Of a DNA stretch of 64,000 nt, positions 10,313 to 25,859 are shown in pieces. Positions within the stretch are counted from its first letter, which is position 1. The number at the start of each line of letters is the position of its first letter. The notes below the pieces were generated by a model. It did no database searches and had not been told where the DNA came from. It worked only from the letters and a program-made list of their open reading frames with translations. The stretch is taken from NCBI GenBank assembly GCA_040954595.2, contig CM082579.2:2906345-2970344 (forward strand), in the 5' to 3' direction. The position numbers and the translations under genes were made by a program. The stretch comes from Balanoglossus misakiensis (taxonomy: Eukaryota > Animalia > Hemichordata).

Positions 10313-12052
10313 GATTAGATCGACCAGCGGGATGTACTACGGGTCAACATGGCACACATATCAAATCTATTTTGGGCACAACAGCGCAGCCAGTGGTAGA
10401 AATGGAACATGAGACAGACCCAGGGACCTGACCAGACACCTGTAGAATTTTTGGAAAACGAAATCAATAGGCACACAATACACTGGTGGCGCTATATTAC
10501 TGACCCCGCACCTGTGCCCACTCCAGCTCCAATGAAGATAACAGGTGTGGGGGGAACGTTGCAATTTATTTACCCATCATTAATACTACATCACACCATA
10601 GACTCTAGAAGGGGTCTATGGTCACACGAAAAGAAGGACGATTGTTATCGCATGGCTGCCGTTTGGAATGCTAACTCTATTCATAAAGCACGTTCCATAC
10701 TAAATTTGGCCGAGAAACTTTGACTTGTAAATGAGGTCTAAATGAAGGGGAAAAGAACGTTAACATCGTCAACTGTATGGGATCATGTGCCCCGGACAAC
10801 TGGCACGAGATCACTATGTGACATGACGTTCAAGAGAGTCCCTTGATATGAATATAAACACAAGTTTATGGCTCTCATTGGTTCACTGCACTAATCTGCC
10901 AGCTTCCATCACGTCAAACTTTTTATATCACGTTCTGTTTTTTCGTTCTTTGACATATACATGTATTAAATTATACCGAACGGAGGAAATTCCGTTTGCG
11001 ATTAACGACGACTTTTGACGTTAATATTTATTCTATTTTCCGTTGCTTTGATCCAGGGTAAAGTTGTCGGGCAAAACGGGGTCAGCACGAAAAGTAGCAC
11101 GTGTTATCAAAGCCGGAAAATAAATGACCCAAACACCTCAAAAGTGGACCAATGACGCTTAACCTAGCGCCGCAGCGCTGAACTTCTCATAGTTCGTTGC
11201 CGGAGCATGCGCACGGTGTTCATTCATCTCACGTTTCAGGAGAGGCATCTGTATCAGTTAATTTGAAATCTGCAAACATAGCAGCGTTGTCATGGAATAC
11301 TAACCTCGCCGAGGTAATCCTACTCAGTGACGTCACACTCACGTGTTTGTCAGATTCATCGATCCAATGTTTATTTACATCGGTGCTGGGAGCACGCAAA
11401 ACCCACATGTGTCAATGGATTCCTGTTCACGAGATAACCCACGACCAAACTTTGTACCACAAAACAAGAAACAGCGGTGCTGTTGTTTACCTAAATGACA
11501 AATGTGAAAGTTTGGGGCAGGTGTACGGTTTAGAGTAAAACGCTTTTGTTAGAATCCGAATAAATTCATTCAACCACTGCGTTTCAGCAGGAACGTTTAC
11601 AGAAACCGCAACCCTAGCCCTTCCAAATCATAAACAACAGAAAGTCGGTGTTCTTTCAAGATAGTTTTTGAACCTTACCTTGATTTGTTTCAAGGCTACA
11701 CTGTCCTTGGCGACTGTTGTCTATCTGCCGCATCGTTTGACGGCATATTATTTTTAACATTTAATGCCAAAAATTCCTGCCTCACCCCGCAGAGACCCCG
11801 CTGGCGGTCAATCAATAACTGTGATACACTTTGCTCCTCAGGTTGTCATTTCCTTTCCAACTTGTATCAGTGTTATTTGATATTTCACGCTAATAGGCAG
11901 GGTCAAGTCCCCACTTCATTTTCGTTGGTTCGATGGGCAAATATTCGTTGTTTGCTGAGACAAACGTCAAAACCAAATCAAATTTGTAGATATCCATATT
12001 GCATTGAAAAAAGACCGGCTCATTGTAGATACATAAATACATAGATACATAT

Positions 12053-12094
12053 ATCCATCCATCCATCCATCCACCCACCCACCCATCCATCCAT
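12053..12094. repeat. (CCAT)n/(CCAC)n microsatellite
   Basis: ATCCATCCATCCATCCATCCACCCACCCACCCATCCATCCATC read directly. Confidence 0.85.
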
Positions 12095-15000
12095 CTTTGG
12101 CCACTTTTGATTGACATCACACGGAGAGCGCCTCGCGGCCCAGTCCAGATCATGAAACGTAACCTTGATATTGTTTATATTTCAAATGCTGTTCATTATG
12201 AAACCGCTATCTTGCCGGTACATGTCATTACAGAGGACCTTATCAAAAAACATGATTTTGAGGAGCGAAATCTCACATTCTGTTTGTTCCGAGTAACCCA
12301 ACAGATAGAAGAAACCAAACGGCATTGACAATACCATAACAATATATTAGTAGTTCGCCCAAAGTTTAATTACATGAAACTGTTTTCCCCTTTATTTTTT
12401 TCAAAAAAGGTCTTTTAAGGTTTGGTGTGTTTAAGGTCACTGTGTTTACCGCGATGACAAACGAGATAAGATTCCAACAAAACCAGACTGGTTCGGGATC
12501 ACGCGTGGTGGTTGGCGGGACACAGAAAAACAAACAGAGAACACCCTTTTGGACACAGCTGGCGTACTTCAGTCAGTGCGCCCTCTAAGTAGGTTATCAA
12601 AATTCATCATGGACCGCCAACGACAGGGTAAGCTAGAAATATATTCATCATTATTATCAGTTCATGGATCGAGAGATAGCGGTACGAAAATTAATCAAGG
12701 TATAAATTTGTGGTCGCAAATCTTGTGTGGATCCTACTCAGTTTTTCGCGTGACTTGTACCGAGTGCATGTTTTTCTTCACACACGACACTTATAGATGT
12801 AAAACGCAGCAATCGAATTCGGAATTGCAATTTACACAGACGAAACTTTTAATTGCATCTGCTAATGACTGTAGATAATGAGATCCTCATAGGCCAATAA
12901 AGGGGGCGGCTTATGCGGCGTGATGATCCGGGACAGATAAAGCTCTAAGTAACTTAGACCAGCAGATTTCGTAAAAAAGTGTCGAAAATGAAAAGTTGTG
13001 GCGGTTTCCACCCACCAGGTTTGCTTGTGACTCTCGGTGCCTGGTGAGCAAAGTGTCCCAAACATTTTCTCCTTTGTCCTCCAAAGAAAATTTACGAGCG
13101 GGCGGAGGGAAATAAAGCGACTTGTGGAGTGTGGCCCGGTGTCTTTCGCTTACACCACATCTTACAAAAATTACCGAGAGTTGCCGACAGAAATGCAAAT
13201 TCTTGACTTAGACACCAATAGACAGACTCTTTCCCGTACACTCTCGCTGCTGTCTGCCTCTGTCCCGTCTTCTAATACCTGTCAAAAGTTAGAGTCTTGG
13301 ATGCAGCAGTTCTGTAAGTTTTTCACGTTTTCTCTTCCTATTTTGCGCACAGCTTGTATTTCATTGCACACGCGTTTTTATGACGTTGTAATTTTTTCGT
13401 TCACAGCTCTCCGTTAATGGCGGCTAGACGCAGCGATATTTTCACCACTTTTGTTTATCGAGTTTTCATAATCGGCGTGGCTTGTGTACTGCTCGCAATA
13501 TTAAATTAACCGTTAAATTACGAAAAAATGTATTTTTGGTGGAATATGGCGATTTTTTATTTTTAATCGAAATTTGAGCAAAAATTGTAGCATGCCGATC
13601 AGTAAATTGTATAATCTATACGGCGGCACGATAATCTGTGGTGCAATAATAGCTACTTATAGAGCAAAAAAACCCGTGAACATGTTTTCATGTTTACTTC
13701 TTAATTGAGGATTTCTAGTGCTTCTTCACATTGGACTTGTCAATATCTGCGTAACGGGTAATTTACTGTCTCAACGGCAACGTTTCTCGGGGACAGTTGA
13801 GATTAGTCGAAGTGTATATACACGGCGTAAAGAACATCTTCATTACACATAATATCGTGTGAGAGCGACTTTTTTTTACAGTCTCGCCTAATAAAACAGT
13901 AGCGCGTTCGATGGGTTTATAGCAACTGACCTGAAAAGGGTAACGTTAGGTCTGCGTTTAATTATGGCGGCAAGATTAATTTGTTTCTGTATATCGCTAG
14001 TTAAGATCACCAAGAAACGCCCTAACCCGGCGCAAATCGTTTCCCTGTCCCGGTCAGGTTTAATCGAACAGGCTACCGTGTACCTCCATTTGTCGCGTAA
14101 TGCGGAATTAGCACTGGATTAAAAATATACATTGTTTTTCATGTAAGAAAGCAACACTTTTCAAATTTATGAAAATGTATTTGGAAAATGATTTCTATAT
14201 TTAATAAAAAGTGCAACAGTAAATTATAGACTCTGATCGTTTCACGCCCAATCTTATCAAATGATCTAACCATGGCAATCGATTTAAGGACTTGAAGTTC
14301 AAAAGGCATAATCCTAAATCCTAGTAAATATGAGTCGATTAATTTTGTGGGGAAAAAAGAGAATGCAATTGTTGTTTTTCCCCGGAAAATTCCCAGTTTG
14401 AAATCAGGACAGTGTTTTGAATGAAAGACAAGATCTGTTGTCGGAAAAGACTTTGTGAATATTTAGAGTATGGTCACGGTGAAAACGCTTTGGTCCCGAG
14501 TCGTTTGCGGCAGTCAATAGTGTAAAAATGGCAATTAGGTAAAAGTACAATGTCATATGGTGGTTGAAATGTCCAAGATGTTTGTCAAGGCAACCTCAAA
14601 CATGGTGTCATACAAACATGGGAACCCTTACTGAAACGGTGCAACACCGCTTAGGTATACAGAATCTCTCAGACGCATATCGAGACAGAGACAGGCAGAC
14701 AGGCGAAATCAGAATTGGAAGTATTTCGTGATTCTTATAAGATACCTAGAAATATTGTATTCACCAACTAAATTCTATGAAAATTCATTGACATTTTAAA
14801 AAATGCTTGTTTTTCAGAACAATTTTTTGAGCTGCAGGTTTTTTTGTTACAAAAATATTCAAGTACAACATGCAACAGTGAAATGTAAACTATTTTCAGG
14901 CTATTTTCAAGCTCTTATTATCACAAAGTAGTCCCAATCATGTTACTGGAAGCCAGAAAGAACAGATATACAGACGAAACGAAATGATTCAATCATAATT

Positions 15001-15720
15001 TGAAAAACAAATACATTTCAGCATGCAAGGCCGTCTAAAATTAATTATACGACTGGCATACGATAAACGAATGAAAGACAGTGGACAACACAGCCCGTTA
15101 AATTTGATATGTTTTAATTGGGAAACTGCTTTTTATGATTTTCCGTTTTCACACCATGGTAAGAATTAAAGATGTTGATGAAAATGACAGGGAAGCTGTA
15201 ATTACGTTTCTTCGCCCGGTGACAGTATTGCTGTTATTTTAATTAATTTCAGTAATTCCTTTTCGGCGCTAATGATTCAGAGACGATTACCGTTTGTTTG
15301 AAATTCGTCGTTGTGGTCATCAAAGAAGCGACTCCGTCAAACACAGAACCGACCGACTGCCAATGTTTCTTGAAACAGCAACCTGGTTTCAATGAAGCCC
15401 GCCGACACTGTTTACTGGACGTGAGCGAATAAAAATTACCGCGTCGTAAAAATGTTAGCATTTGAGTCTGGATTCCCCGCTCCTGCTGAGATAAATCTCG
15501 AACTGAATAACACGATACCAGGCGTATTCGTTTGGTTTGCCGCAAACGTGTAAAAAACCAAAACAGGTTCATGTGTGATTTCCAACTGCTCCCAGTTAGG
15601 TAGGAGTACCTAAAGGTAAATAGCAATGTACTCGGACCTCTAATACTTAGCCCTAGCTGGGAAGGTTCTATTTTTTCTTCAGAAAACAAATCGTGATTTG
15701 AAGGTATAACTCGAAGATTA

Positions 15721-15721
<1 letters not shown>

Positions 15722-15754
<33 letters not shown>
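15722..15754. repeat. (TA)n microsatellite
   Basis: About 16 TA units read directly. Confidence 0.95.
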
Positions 15755-15756
<2 letters not shown>

Positions 15757-17021
15757 ATACATATACTAAAGAATGTGTGTTTTTATCATGAGCCTTATTT
15801 TACACCCAACTCGAGTTTCAACAAAGAAGTCTTTTACAAGCTGAATGCGCCATGGAACCACGGCGCAGAACGAGTTCACCTTGACATCGATGTCCTTGCT
15901 ACGAGTTAAAAAGGCAACCAGGGCTGTGCCATAAAATCGGCTACGATGCAATGCTGCACGTATTCCCGAAAAGTGCTGTACCGATTAGTTCAATTTCGTT
16001 TAGGCTGTCGGTTATGTCGTTTTTTGAGGGGACAAAAAGACAGAAAATATCGACGCACGTCGCTCGCCCGGGTAGGAGCGCGACCCGGCGAAGTCTCGTC
16101 TTGACATGAAGTGCCGCGGGCTGCTCGATTCAAACTTTGCTGACACATGACAAGAAAATCATTCAATGCAGTGCGTTATATGGGAAACTGCGGCTGCAAG
16201 CTGGGCATCGCACGTCTTCGATAAACCTACAGAGACTCTGACAAAAACCGGGCGTGTAATGCAGTGATAATTCATGGCAAATGTGAGCCGTGAATATTTT
16301 GATCAAAACCGTCCTCCATTCCATCTAATGCTTAAAACGAAATAAAACAAATCACATTTCGCGCCATTTATTATTACGGACAATTTACGAATTTAATGGT
16401 GGCTTTTATGGTGCCTTACGGTTCTGGAGTCTACGGGTATATCCTAAATTGTTTTATAGCCTCTGGGATAATGCCACTGCCAACAACAATACGCGCAAAT
16501 CAAGCAATGACCGCTAAGGCAATTACATACTGGATAACCAATGCAAAAGTATTGGTGGGGGAAAATCGAAATTTCGGACTTCTCCAAAACCACCTTCCCT
16601 TTTCACTTGAGCATTTTAACGTATTCTACTTCCGCTTTAGCCATTGTGACCTTTTTCTGTTCACTGTTCCTTTTTTGCACGCGGTTAATGATTCCTATGG
16701 CTAAATAACCAGGGTATAGAGGAAATGAATATAGGCTGCAATAAATGTCACATATTTTACTATCACCGGAAAAAACCTCTACACCACACTTCCTATACGA
16801 GGTGAAATTCTTGTCAATAAAACAAGAAGATTGTCCTGTTAAGGGCTGCACTTTATGGTAGGTTAATCGCAGTGAAAGTGGATTGCGTTGGTTTTGATTT
16901 GGATAGGACTTTATTTTATCTTTTTTCGCCAGAAAACGAAACTGAAATTTGTTGTTGTCAATTTCGCGCGTTGTTGGTATTTCGTAGGTGTTTCCCGACG
17001 CATGCATGGTCGACTGCTGAT

Positions 17022-17054
<33 letters not shown>

Positions 17055-17055
17055 G
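17022..17055. repeat. (GA)n microsatellite followed by a poly-G run
   Basis: GAGAGA...GAGGGGGGGGGGGG read directly. Confidence 0.9.
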
Positions 17056-20000
17056 TTAACAGGCAATGGTGAAGACAGTCAAATATAGGGAGACCAAAAA
17101 ACGTAAAAACTGATATTAGAGAAACAGATTATCTTGCAGAGGTCAAGTTAGTGTGAGACATAACAGTGACTCGGACAGAAATCACGATGTACATGTAGAC
17201 AGCTGACACAGCCAAGGGGTAAATTTGGAGAAAAAAAACTTTGTGATCAGGGCTGTTGCAGACATCTGCGATGTGGCAAGTTCACAGGACCCAGCATGCA
17301 CACTTTCTTTACTTTTCGGATGAATTTACATCGGGTCATCTCTGTGTGGTACGCAAACACCGGCAGCGTGGCGATGCCCGTGGGAGCCGTTACCATCATC
17401 GCGACCGCCTTTCTTGGCTAATTGCCTGGGAAGAAATCAGAAAAAGGGAAATTCTCATAAGGCTTATAAACTGGCCTCTTTTACTTGATTGACTTTCCAA
17501 TTACACCGTGAACTGTGCCCGAGAGAATCCCACACGATAAGGTGCGCTTAAAATCTCTGTTTGCTCCGACAAATTCTTCGTTTTCTTATCAATCGACTCC
17601 AATTACAAGTTTTGCACTCGGAGGAGCGAAATGAAAAACAAACTCTCCTGAATTCTATCAAGTTGAGAAATTTACGGGACGATAAGGGCATGGCGTGCAG
17701 CTTATCTGCGGAAAGCCATCGGTTACAAGCACTGGCACCATATTTGACGGCTAATCAATTTCAGTCTCACCTCTCGACCTGCTAAAGAAAAGACAGGCCC
17801 GCGGTAGATTAAGGCGTTGGCAAACATTCGCGTAGGTGTGCAGGTTTTGTTGTGAAGTTTGTACAAAACGTGTTGTTATCAACAAGGAGCATTCTTTGCT
17901 GTTGACGAGATTCTACAAAGAGGGATATAAACGGAAAAAACTTTGGTGAAACTGGTTTCTATTGCCAATTTCCCCCCTTTCTTCTGTTTTCAGGACGCTG
18001 TTTTGCCGATTTCCAAAATAATTATCGAACTATAATTTTTCTTCTCTGTTCTCCCTGTATAAACGTTGGTATGGAAACCGAACACTTCGTTTTGTCGGTC
18101 TTCCTTTATCCCTTCCCTTTTCTTGAAATGTCAATCTAATCGGCATGGCTTTCTGGTCGAACCGAAACAAATCAACTTGCATCAAGCATTGATCTATAAT
18201 TGGAATAGAGAGCAATTTTACCGGATTCGTGTCTTATTTTCCTTTGGCGGCCTAAGGTTATCTCCGACGAACACCTTATATAATAAAACAATACATACAA
18301 TTTTAAAAGTTCACAAAGCAAGGCTCGAAATATACCATACATACAATTTGTGGAAAATTCTCAACGCAGATATTCGGCAAATATTATGCTTCAGATAGGC
18401 GTGCAATAAAATCGTGAAGATAATCGTGAAAACGGGTGCAACAATTCCCATAAGCCAGCAAAAAGGTCGTCGATCTGTCAGGAAACTACCAAACACGATC
18501 AAAAAACAACATAATTTTAGTTTGTTTGCATTTAACAAAACTGCGCCTAGGGATAGTTGGCATTCGCATCTTTAGGCCTTCTTTCCAGGTCTCCTCATAG
18601 TCATAGCGACCGCGTCTTCTTTCGCCCGGAATTTTGATGTGCTTTTTTTCAAGTTCGGCACTCCGTGACGTCAGACTTTGGATATGCAACAACAAAAACC
18701 CAAGATCATATTATTTCGTTCAGACCTAGTTTTCGGAAGGCAATCTTAAAGTCTCGAACTCGTGTGGAAGTGTGAGATGTCATGATCAGGGTATTAAAAG
18801 CGACAATTTCATTTGAACACCCTGAAATAGTAAGCGGTTCAAAAGCGACCCAAAGAGTCGGACTCGATGGTGGTGGTTAAAAACGACACTCAAGCTAAAA
18901 TTTCAGGGTACGGAATGATGGACAAACTGTAAACGTAATCAAAACGGTAGTTTCTTGACATGGTTGTCTATTTTTTTAGCCTTTTAACCTCAACGAATTG
19001 CCATACGAGACGAAAATGGCATTAGTCATTTTATGGGCAGTCGTGTGCCCATAACCTTCACCGACAGGTCTCACTGGGAGTATATGGTCCAGATATCAAA
19101 ATGAACGAAAACAAAAATCATTCTATCAAAGCAGAAGATTTTATCACTTCTAAAGTTAACAGAGACATTTGGCAAGCTTATGGCGTCGTTTCTAAGAAGA
19201 AGGATGAGACAGGCTACTTTTATTTCTCATAAATGTTACTTTGCGAGGAGGTTGGATAGCGACTCGGAAAATCCCGACAGCAACCTTTCACATTGTTATT
19301 CATATTCGAAATTTTGATCATTCGTTTCAAGCGGTCTCACTTTTGCATCCTTATGTTGCCAGAATGAAAAAATACTCGGCTTATTTCATATAAATTCAAA
19401 ACAAAAGTAAATCGTATTTATGTAGAAACGTCAGCTGGACGGAAAAATAATCGAAGAAATGCTGTATTCCAAAATGGTGTCCAGCGTCAACGATTCTTTT
19501 CACATAAATCGGAGATATACAATATAGCCTAATTTGTACTCAAATGAACATTCAAGAAATACTCAATGTCATGTATATTCAGTCAAATCGCAAGCACTTC
19601 TGCACCATGGCAGAAATCCCCAACTCTAATTCAAAATGGCGCCCACCGTTCAACCTCTTAGTAAACCACAGGCCATGTAAGTTAAAGCGATTACCTGCAA
19701 GACTAAGTCTGAGTAAAACATACTCACTTGTCAGAGAATTTTATTTGCTCAAAACGAACTCAATTTCGTAGCCGATAAAATCTGTGAGTTTACGCTGCCG
19801 ATTACTTTGCGTTGTTAGCCCGCAATTTAATGGCCAACTGAAATTTATGGCAATTCCAGTTAATTCAATCGCAGACGACACTTTCCGCGCACTTGTCCCA
19901 CCATTCATCGAATAAATTCGTCGCATCGAGGACTGTTCAGAACCGGGCAAAAGGCCAGTGCAAACTTCTGCAGACCGTATTTTCACAAACCCACGGTGTG

Positions 20001-23000
20001 GTCCGAGTCATGGAAGTTGATGCGAATTTGCAGATGGTGGATTTTCTCAGTCTGATAATTGTGAGAATGGTACAAACCATTACATATCTGATTTCATCTC
20101 ATGAAGTTCATGTTTGGTCCCTCTAAGGGCCAACAACGATCGACTCAAGTCATGATACTTTCATATTTATACTTCAGCGTGAAAACCACAAAACGGTTCA
20201 TACAAACCGTCCATTATGGGATAATTTAGCACAATTCAAGTAGGGCGCTTTGTAAACTAAATCGCCAAAGTGTTGAGTGAGTTTCCCCAGATCGCTCCCA
20301 CCCCCACTCCAACCGAAATTCAGGTCAAAGAAAATTGACAGTAAGTATGGCTTTTGCAGAACACAATGTGAGATTTACAACAGCGTCGATTGCGCGATAA
20401 CTCATGAGCCGTCGGAGAGCATGTAGTTACCTTTTGATACGTACAGGCGGGAAAGGCTTTGGAAATCGCTCGTGTGAGTTTTTGATGACACCTGAAAGAG
20501 CTTCAAGCAAAATGGGGATATCATGAAATGAAATTCACTGGAATAAAAAACAAATCACCTAAAAATTGCCAATATTTCGTTTGTAAAGAAAATCTTGAAA
20601 AGTCGTTTTTTAAATAAGAAAAAGCATGGAGAATATCGTGAAAATAGCCAATGATGAAAATCTTTAACTTTTTCGAAATTTGTGGCCAGGTTAACTCCCC
20701 GTTGTCATCAGATGGAACTAGGAAGTTGGACAGTTTTATAAACGGAATGGCGGTCGTGTCGTGCAATCATAAAGTTATAAAACATTTCCCCTCGTCTGTT
20801 TTTATTACCCGGAATAAGAGTGAACGCGGGAAACTGGACCCAAATTTTTAACGCGACGAACATTTCATTTTTCGGAACACAAAAACGTGTAAGAGATGTT
20901 TGAAAATAGAAATACCATTTGCAAAATTCGAAATATGTGGCTGTCGGTTGGTGTGTAATAGAATGACATGCTTTACTTAACCATTCGAACTATTAAGTCT
21001 CACTGCACTAAACCACTTAGTGTTGAACAACTTCACTTTTATAGACGCAATCAGGGACTTTTAACGCGAGCAATCGCCCTTGTTATAGCCTCAGCTGTTG
21101 TCTTGGAAAATTGAACAGTTATAATTCTGTGAAGGCGAATAAAACTCTAACTCATGTTTCAGTTGCATATTGTGGATGTGCAATATGCAATGCATGCTGG
21201 GATCGACAGAATGAAACGCCCTATCGCTTTTGGCCCTGGCTGAGTGAGTTAGTCCACCTAGCGATTATGCATTTAGTTTAATACCTAATGGGCTCTTTAA
21301 TATTAGTGAAGGGGTCGTAAAGTGGTTCTGGAAATTGGCAGATTCGAACTTGTCAATATCAGAGCCATCCGTCGCGCAGTTTTAATATTTAGCAATGTAA
21401 ATTGCCTGAAATGCAAATGTTTTTAACATGAGGAAAACTTACATAGAACCGCACAGTAAATGTATAGAAAGGACTCGGAGACGCCATAGGAGTTTGACTC
21501 GCATGATATCAGAGATGTATGGTTTATGTTCGCAGAAGGGAAGTGAAAGTCTTGGGTTCTGTGTGCATGTAAGGCTGCGTTTTGTGGTTTCGTTGCTTTC
21601 CACCCAACATACTGTACAACATATAAGGGTCAACGTCAACTTGACTAGATTTACGGTTCTTTTTTAATCGCCACAAATCAGCAGTCATTTTTAGAAACTA
21701 AATCCCGTCGTAAATTTTTCACCCGAAGATTTCGCGAAGGGGTGGACATTCAAAAGTTTTACTCCCCCAAGACATCGAAGACAAGCCGAACTTGTAAAAC
21801 GTGGCAAGCGTCCGGTATTGACACAACGTCTCCATGGCAACCCTGATGGGTGTCCCGCGCTTCGCAACGCAAGAACTGCGCTAGTCAGGATTTTTTCAGA
21901 CGAAGAGTAAACAGACGAGTTGTGTGTCAACACACGGGCCATGTTACCTTGATATCTCGCACGGAGTCGAGCTAGTCAAACACACCGTCCCTGGACCTAT
22001 GGCTTGTCTGAAAGGTCATTTTTCAAGCCTAAATCGTGCCGTGTTGTATTCTTGACACCAAGCCAAAAAAAAAAATACCAGATGCGATAGCATTAACTGT
22101 AATCGAGTGCTCTGTAAGATAAGTGTACTTTCGAACACGATCACTACAATAGTTTAATCACACATTAAAACATCGAAATCTTTGCAAATGATCAAATGCG
22201 ACAACCCCCTCCAAAAAACACACGACAGCGATAAAACCTGAGAAGCAAATAATATTTCTGCAAGTAGTAGAACGGATGACATGATAGAAATTTGTGTTCT
22301 TGTAACCCGTAAACCACATTTGTTTTACGCCTACACCAGTTACTGAATAATTCCTATTTAGGCTGACATGACCGTGATAGGAAATAAGTAATTCCACATA
22401 AGAATCGTTCCGGAGGCGGAGAGAAATTGTCAACAGAAGAATGTTACTGGCTCAGGCGTATTGGAGATAAAACGATTCTGAATTAATCTTTGGAGGGGCA
22501 CGTATTCATTAACTCGCACGGTGTTTAAAAAGATGCACATTTAGTGTTGAAAGAACGTAGGACGTGTCTTTAGGACGCTGACCAAATACAGCCATTTATC
22601 GAAAACTCGGTATACATTTATTCTTTTTTATCAGTACTACTCCCTCCCCCGGAAAAAAAAACTTATCCCATCGGGAAAATAAAGAAGTTGTGCCATATTT
22701 CATAACCGACAAATTTGACCTTCAAAACAGACCTTGAAAGCAAAAAAATGCGATAATTAGCCACTACCGAAAAACAAAGACATTAGACACTGAGTCTTTT
22801 AGGATGTTCTCAATGATAATGACGGTCCGCCGTCACGCACCTCAGTTCCTCCAGCCTTGGCATTTTGGGGTCCAGGCCTCCGTGTTCAAGAAAAAAGGCG
22901 ACGTTACCCTTGAACCCGATGTCGGCATCTTTGTTCTCAGATAATAAACAATCCTCATGAAAATTTGTTGTCAATTTCGGTGCGATGTTTCCAAGGCAAT

Positions 23001-25859
23001 GCCCCATGATCCGCGATTCTCTTGGTCAGTGGTTGCCTCAACCAGAGGACAACACAACCACTTCTAAGAAGCGCCGGTTTTATCGCCCGCGTTCGGGCGA
23101 CATTTTATTAGTTTGTATCAGCGTGGGGAAACTGAGTTGATAACCGTGCTGCGTGTTCACGTCTCAATCTGTTAGGCTGGTTGCGAACTAAGGTGTTCAT
23201 GCAATAATGCTTAATTTACAATTACCCCCACTCAAACACAAATTAAAAATTTGACACCGGTCATAGAAGTCATTTTTGCGTGGACATCACACCCACAATT
23301 GAATTTCCACTGGGATATTTATACAGCAAGACTATTACGGCGAAAATTGTGCTCACGCGCAACGATTACTTTACCCTCGAAGCGAATTTGTTTTACGACC
23401 TATAAATCAATTAACAGACCTAATCAAGTGCATTTGCCCAGTGGTGTAGCCAATCTCTTCATATCTTGTCTTTTATTTGTCTTCGGCGCACTCGACTGAC
23501 CTGGACACGACAGTGTTGCGACCGCCATGTTGACAAACGCTTGTAGTTTTCGTGTAGTACACGAGTGGGGCGCTGGAATACAAAGCCCGCGCTGCCCCAG
23601 AGTGTGTGTTTACAGAATTCTTGCCATATCTGAGTATCATTACAGTGTTGACATGCAGATACCTCAAATCGTTATTAATGTTTTCTAACTGATTGGTGGA
23701 GATAGCGGCTTCTATTTCTTTCTCCGTCCACGCCCAACTACACCCAGACAGTGAAAACGTGCGACTTTCCCGTGGCCTGGCGAGCTGTCAGGGCGTCCTG
23801 TCAACTATTGTAAAACCATAAATAAACAAATAAACAAATAACTAATACAGACAATACAGAAATTCCTAGGGACAAGAAGATACATGTATATTCGTTGTTT
23901 TTTTTTAACAATATGAATTAATCATCTTCGATTGCCTTGTAATTTGTAAGGGACGTCCAGAGGCTCTGAAGTTTACTTAAATCTTAATCGAATTTCTTTC
24001 GAGGCTTGAAAAAATGGGCGAAAAATTCAATATTATGGCCAATAAAATAATGTGCATGACCATTTCGAAAATGGCAGCTTTCTCGCCAGAAACTTGCATT
24101 CTAAATAAAAGCTATATTTCATATTACCATGTGAAATAGTAAAGAAATAAAATAAAACAGAGAATCTGATCAGCGGATGTACTGCAGTAACAGCTGTGCC
24201 ACCAATTGCTGTAAAGCTCACGTGACATGTCAGAGTTAACATTTAAAAGGGTCGGTAGCCATTTTGCGTGATGATAATGAGGTTCTGTAGGGAATCCCTT
24301 CTTCTGTCACCGATTGGACAAAGTTAGGTCACGTGATGAATTCACAGTGGTCCGATATACGAATCCGTCAACGACCGACATAAAAAGTAAACTTCACGGT
24401 GACTTTCCACCATATTTCGTTCTTTTTCGTCGATGGCCATTCCATTGGGCCTGTTGGCACCAACGAGCAGTGCCCAAATAAACGGTCATGGAATTCGCTG
24501 AGTTAACTGCGCGTTGAAACGTGGGACGTTGATAATATTAATTCGCGTCGAATCGTGCACCTGATATTGTTTTATGAAATGCAAAAAAAAAAACGAATCA
24601 GAATCTATGAAAAAAATAAAGCATAAACCGTGAACTGGCATTGCAACCTTTAAAAACGCGACAATTTACAAAGAGCTCTTGTTCACGGGAGCTGTATTAG
24701 ACTCAGATCACGCGCTGGTGATCCCATCTCGTCATCTGCGTGACGTCATGTGGCCCTGCGCAACGCATACATCCACCTCTAGTTCTCGTCTGCGAGAGGA
24801 CAGCGAGAAGTGGTCCAGAGGGTGCACACTATAATAACAATCAGACTAGAGAAAGAACTGGTAGATACATGAAAGATGGTAGCCCATGAACACGCAGGAT
24901 CTATGGAGAGCTGCAGTCAGAGTACACGAACCTGTTACCTATTGTACATGGACTGTTGCAAGACACTCGTCTCCTTGACGAACAGGCCGTTGATTAATTT
25001 GATGGTCATGACAACAGCTTACTAGTAATTAGCGAGGCATCAAGTGATTAAAAAACAACAACACAATAGCTCGTGCTCCAGCGTATGTTGTTTGGTAGTC
25101 TCTTCAGAAACAAAGTAAAAAATGTTCATTTAAGAAATATCTATTTAAATAAGTGGTCTTTGTAGGAAGTGTCGGTAAAAGCGATGGAATTCGCCTTTTA
25201 TTAAAGTAAACATGAGTTTACGTTTACGTTCCTTTTCTGTTGACAGCCCACTTGACCGTCGCGATGCTCTTTTGTTTATGTTGCGCTGCAGCCAGGGCGC
25301 AGGGAGGCAATTCCGAGGTAACATTTGCTCGCGAGTCGGAGTTTTCACTCGCCTCGGAAAACGCGACACCTCTTTGATCTCGCTGTATTAATATTTGGCA
25401 GGCAAATATAGGGCGGTAAAAAAATTGGCACCGAATCGAACAGCGTGTGGTCGCCTTTTCTTCAACATATTGCTCGTTGTAAAATGAATATGTCATTCTC
25501 AGAATGTTTCATTTGGGCTGTGTGAAGCTGACGCAGTCACTGTGCTCAGTGGGCTGATTGGCCGTCGAGCTCTTATCCGTGTTTGCTTTGCCGACACGAA
25601 CAGTAATGGTTTCCATTAATAAGGATATCCGATGCATCTTTTTTTCCCTCCACCAGGTTAAAAATTAGCGGCACTGCGTCTCCCCAGTCTGATTGAAACT
25701 TTCTAAATAAATCCAATTCCCATCGGCTAGCAAACATACTTCACACCTTGACGATTGTTGAGTCTAATTTACATAAGACGATTGCCTCTTAAGAAAAATA
25801 AAACAAAGGCTTTTATTTACATATGGTTAAACTGATCTCCCTAATTATACCGTAATCCT

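Noticed and set aside
10409-10723. 104-aa ATG ORF divergent from URAD
   Set aside because: No recognisable family or downstream exons; the length is compatible with chance.
24240-24655. Possible TTAA-flanked MITE (TTAAAAGGG...CCTTTAA)
   Set aside because: The terminal inverted match is only ~7 bp and no second copy is visible in the window.
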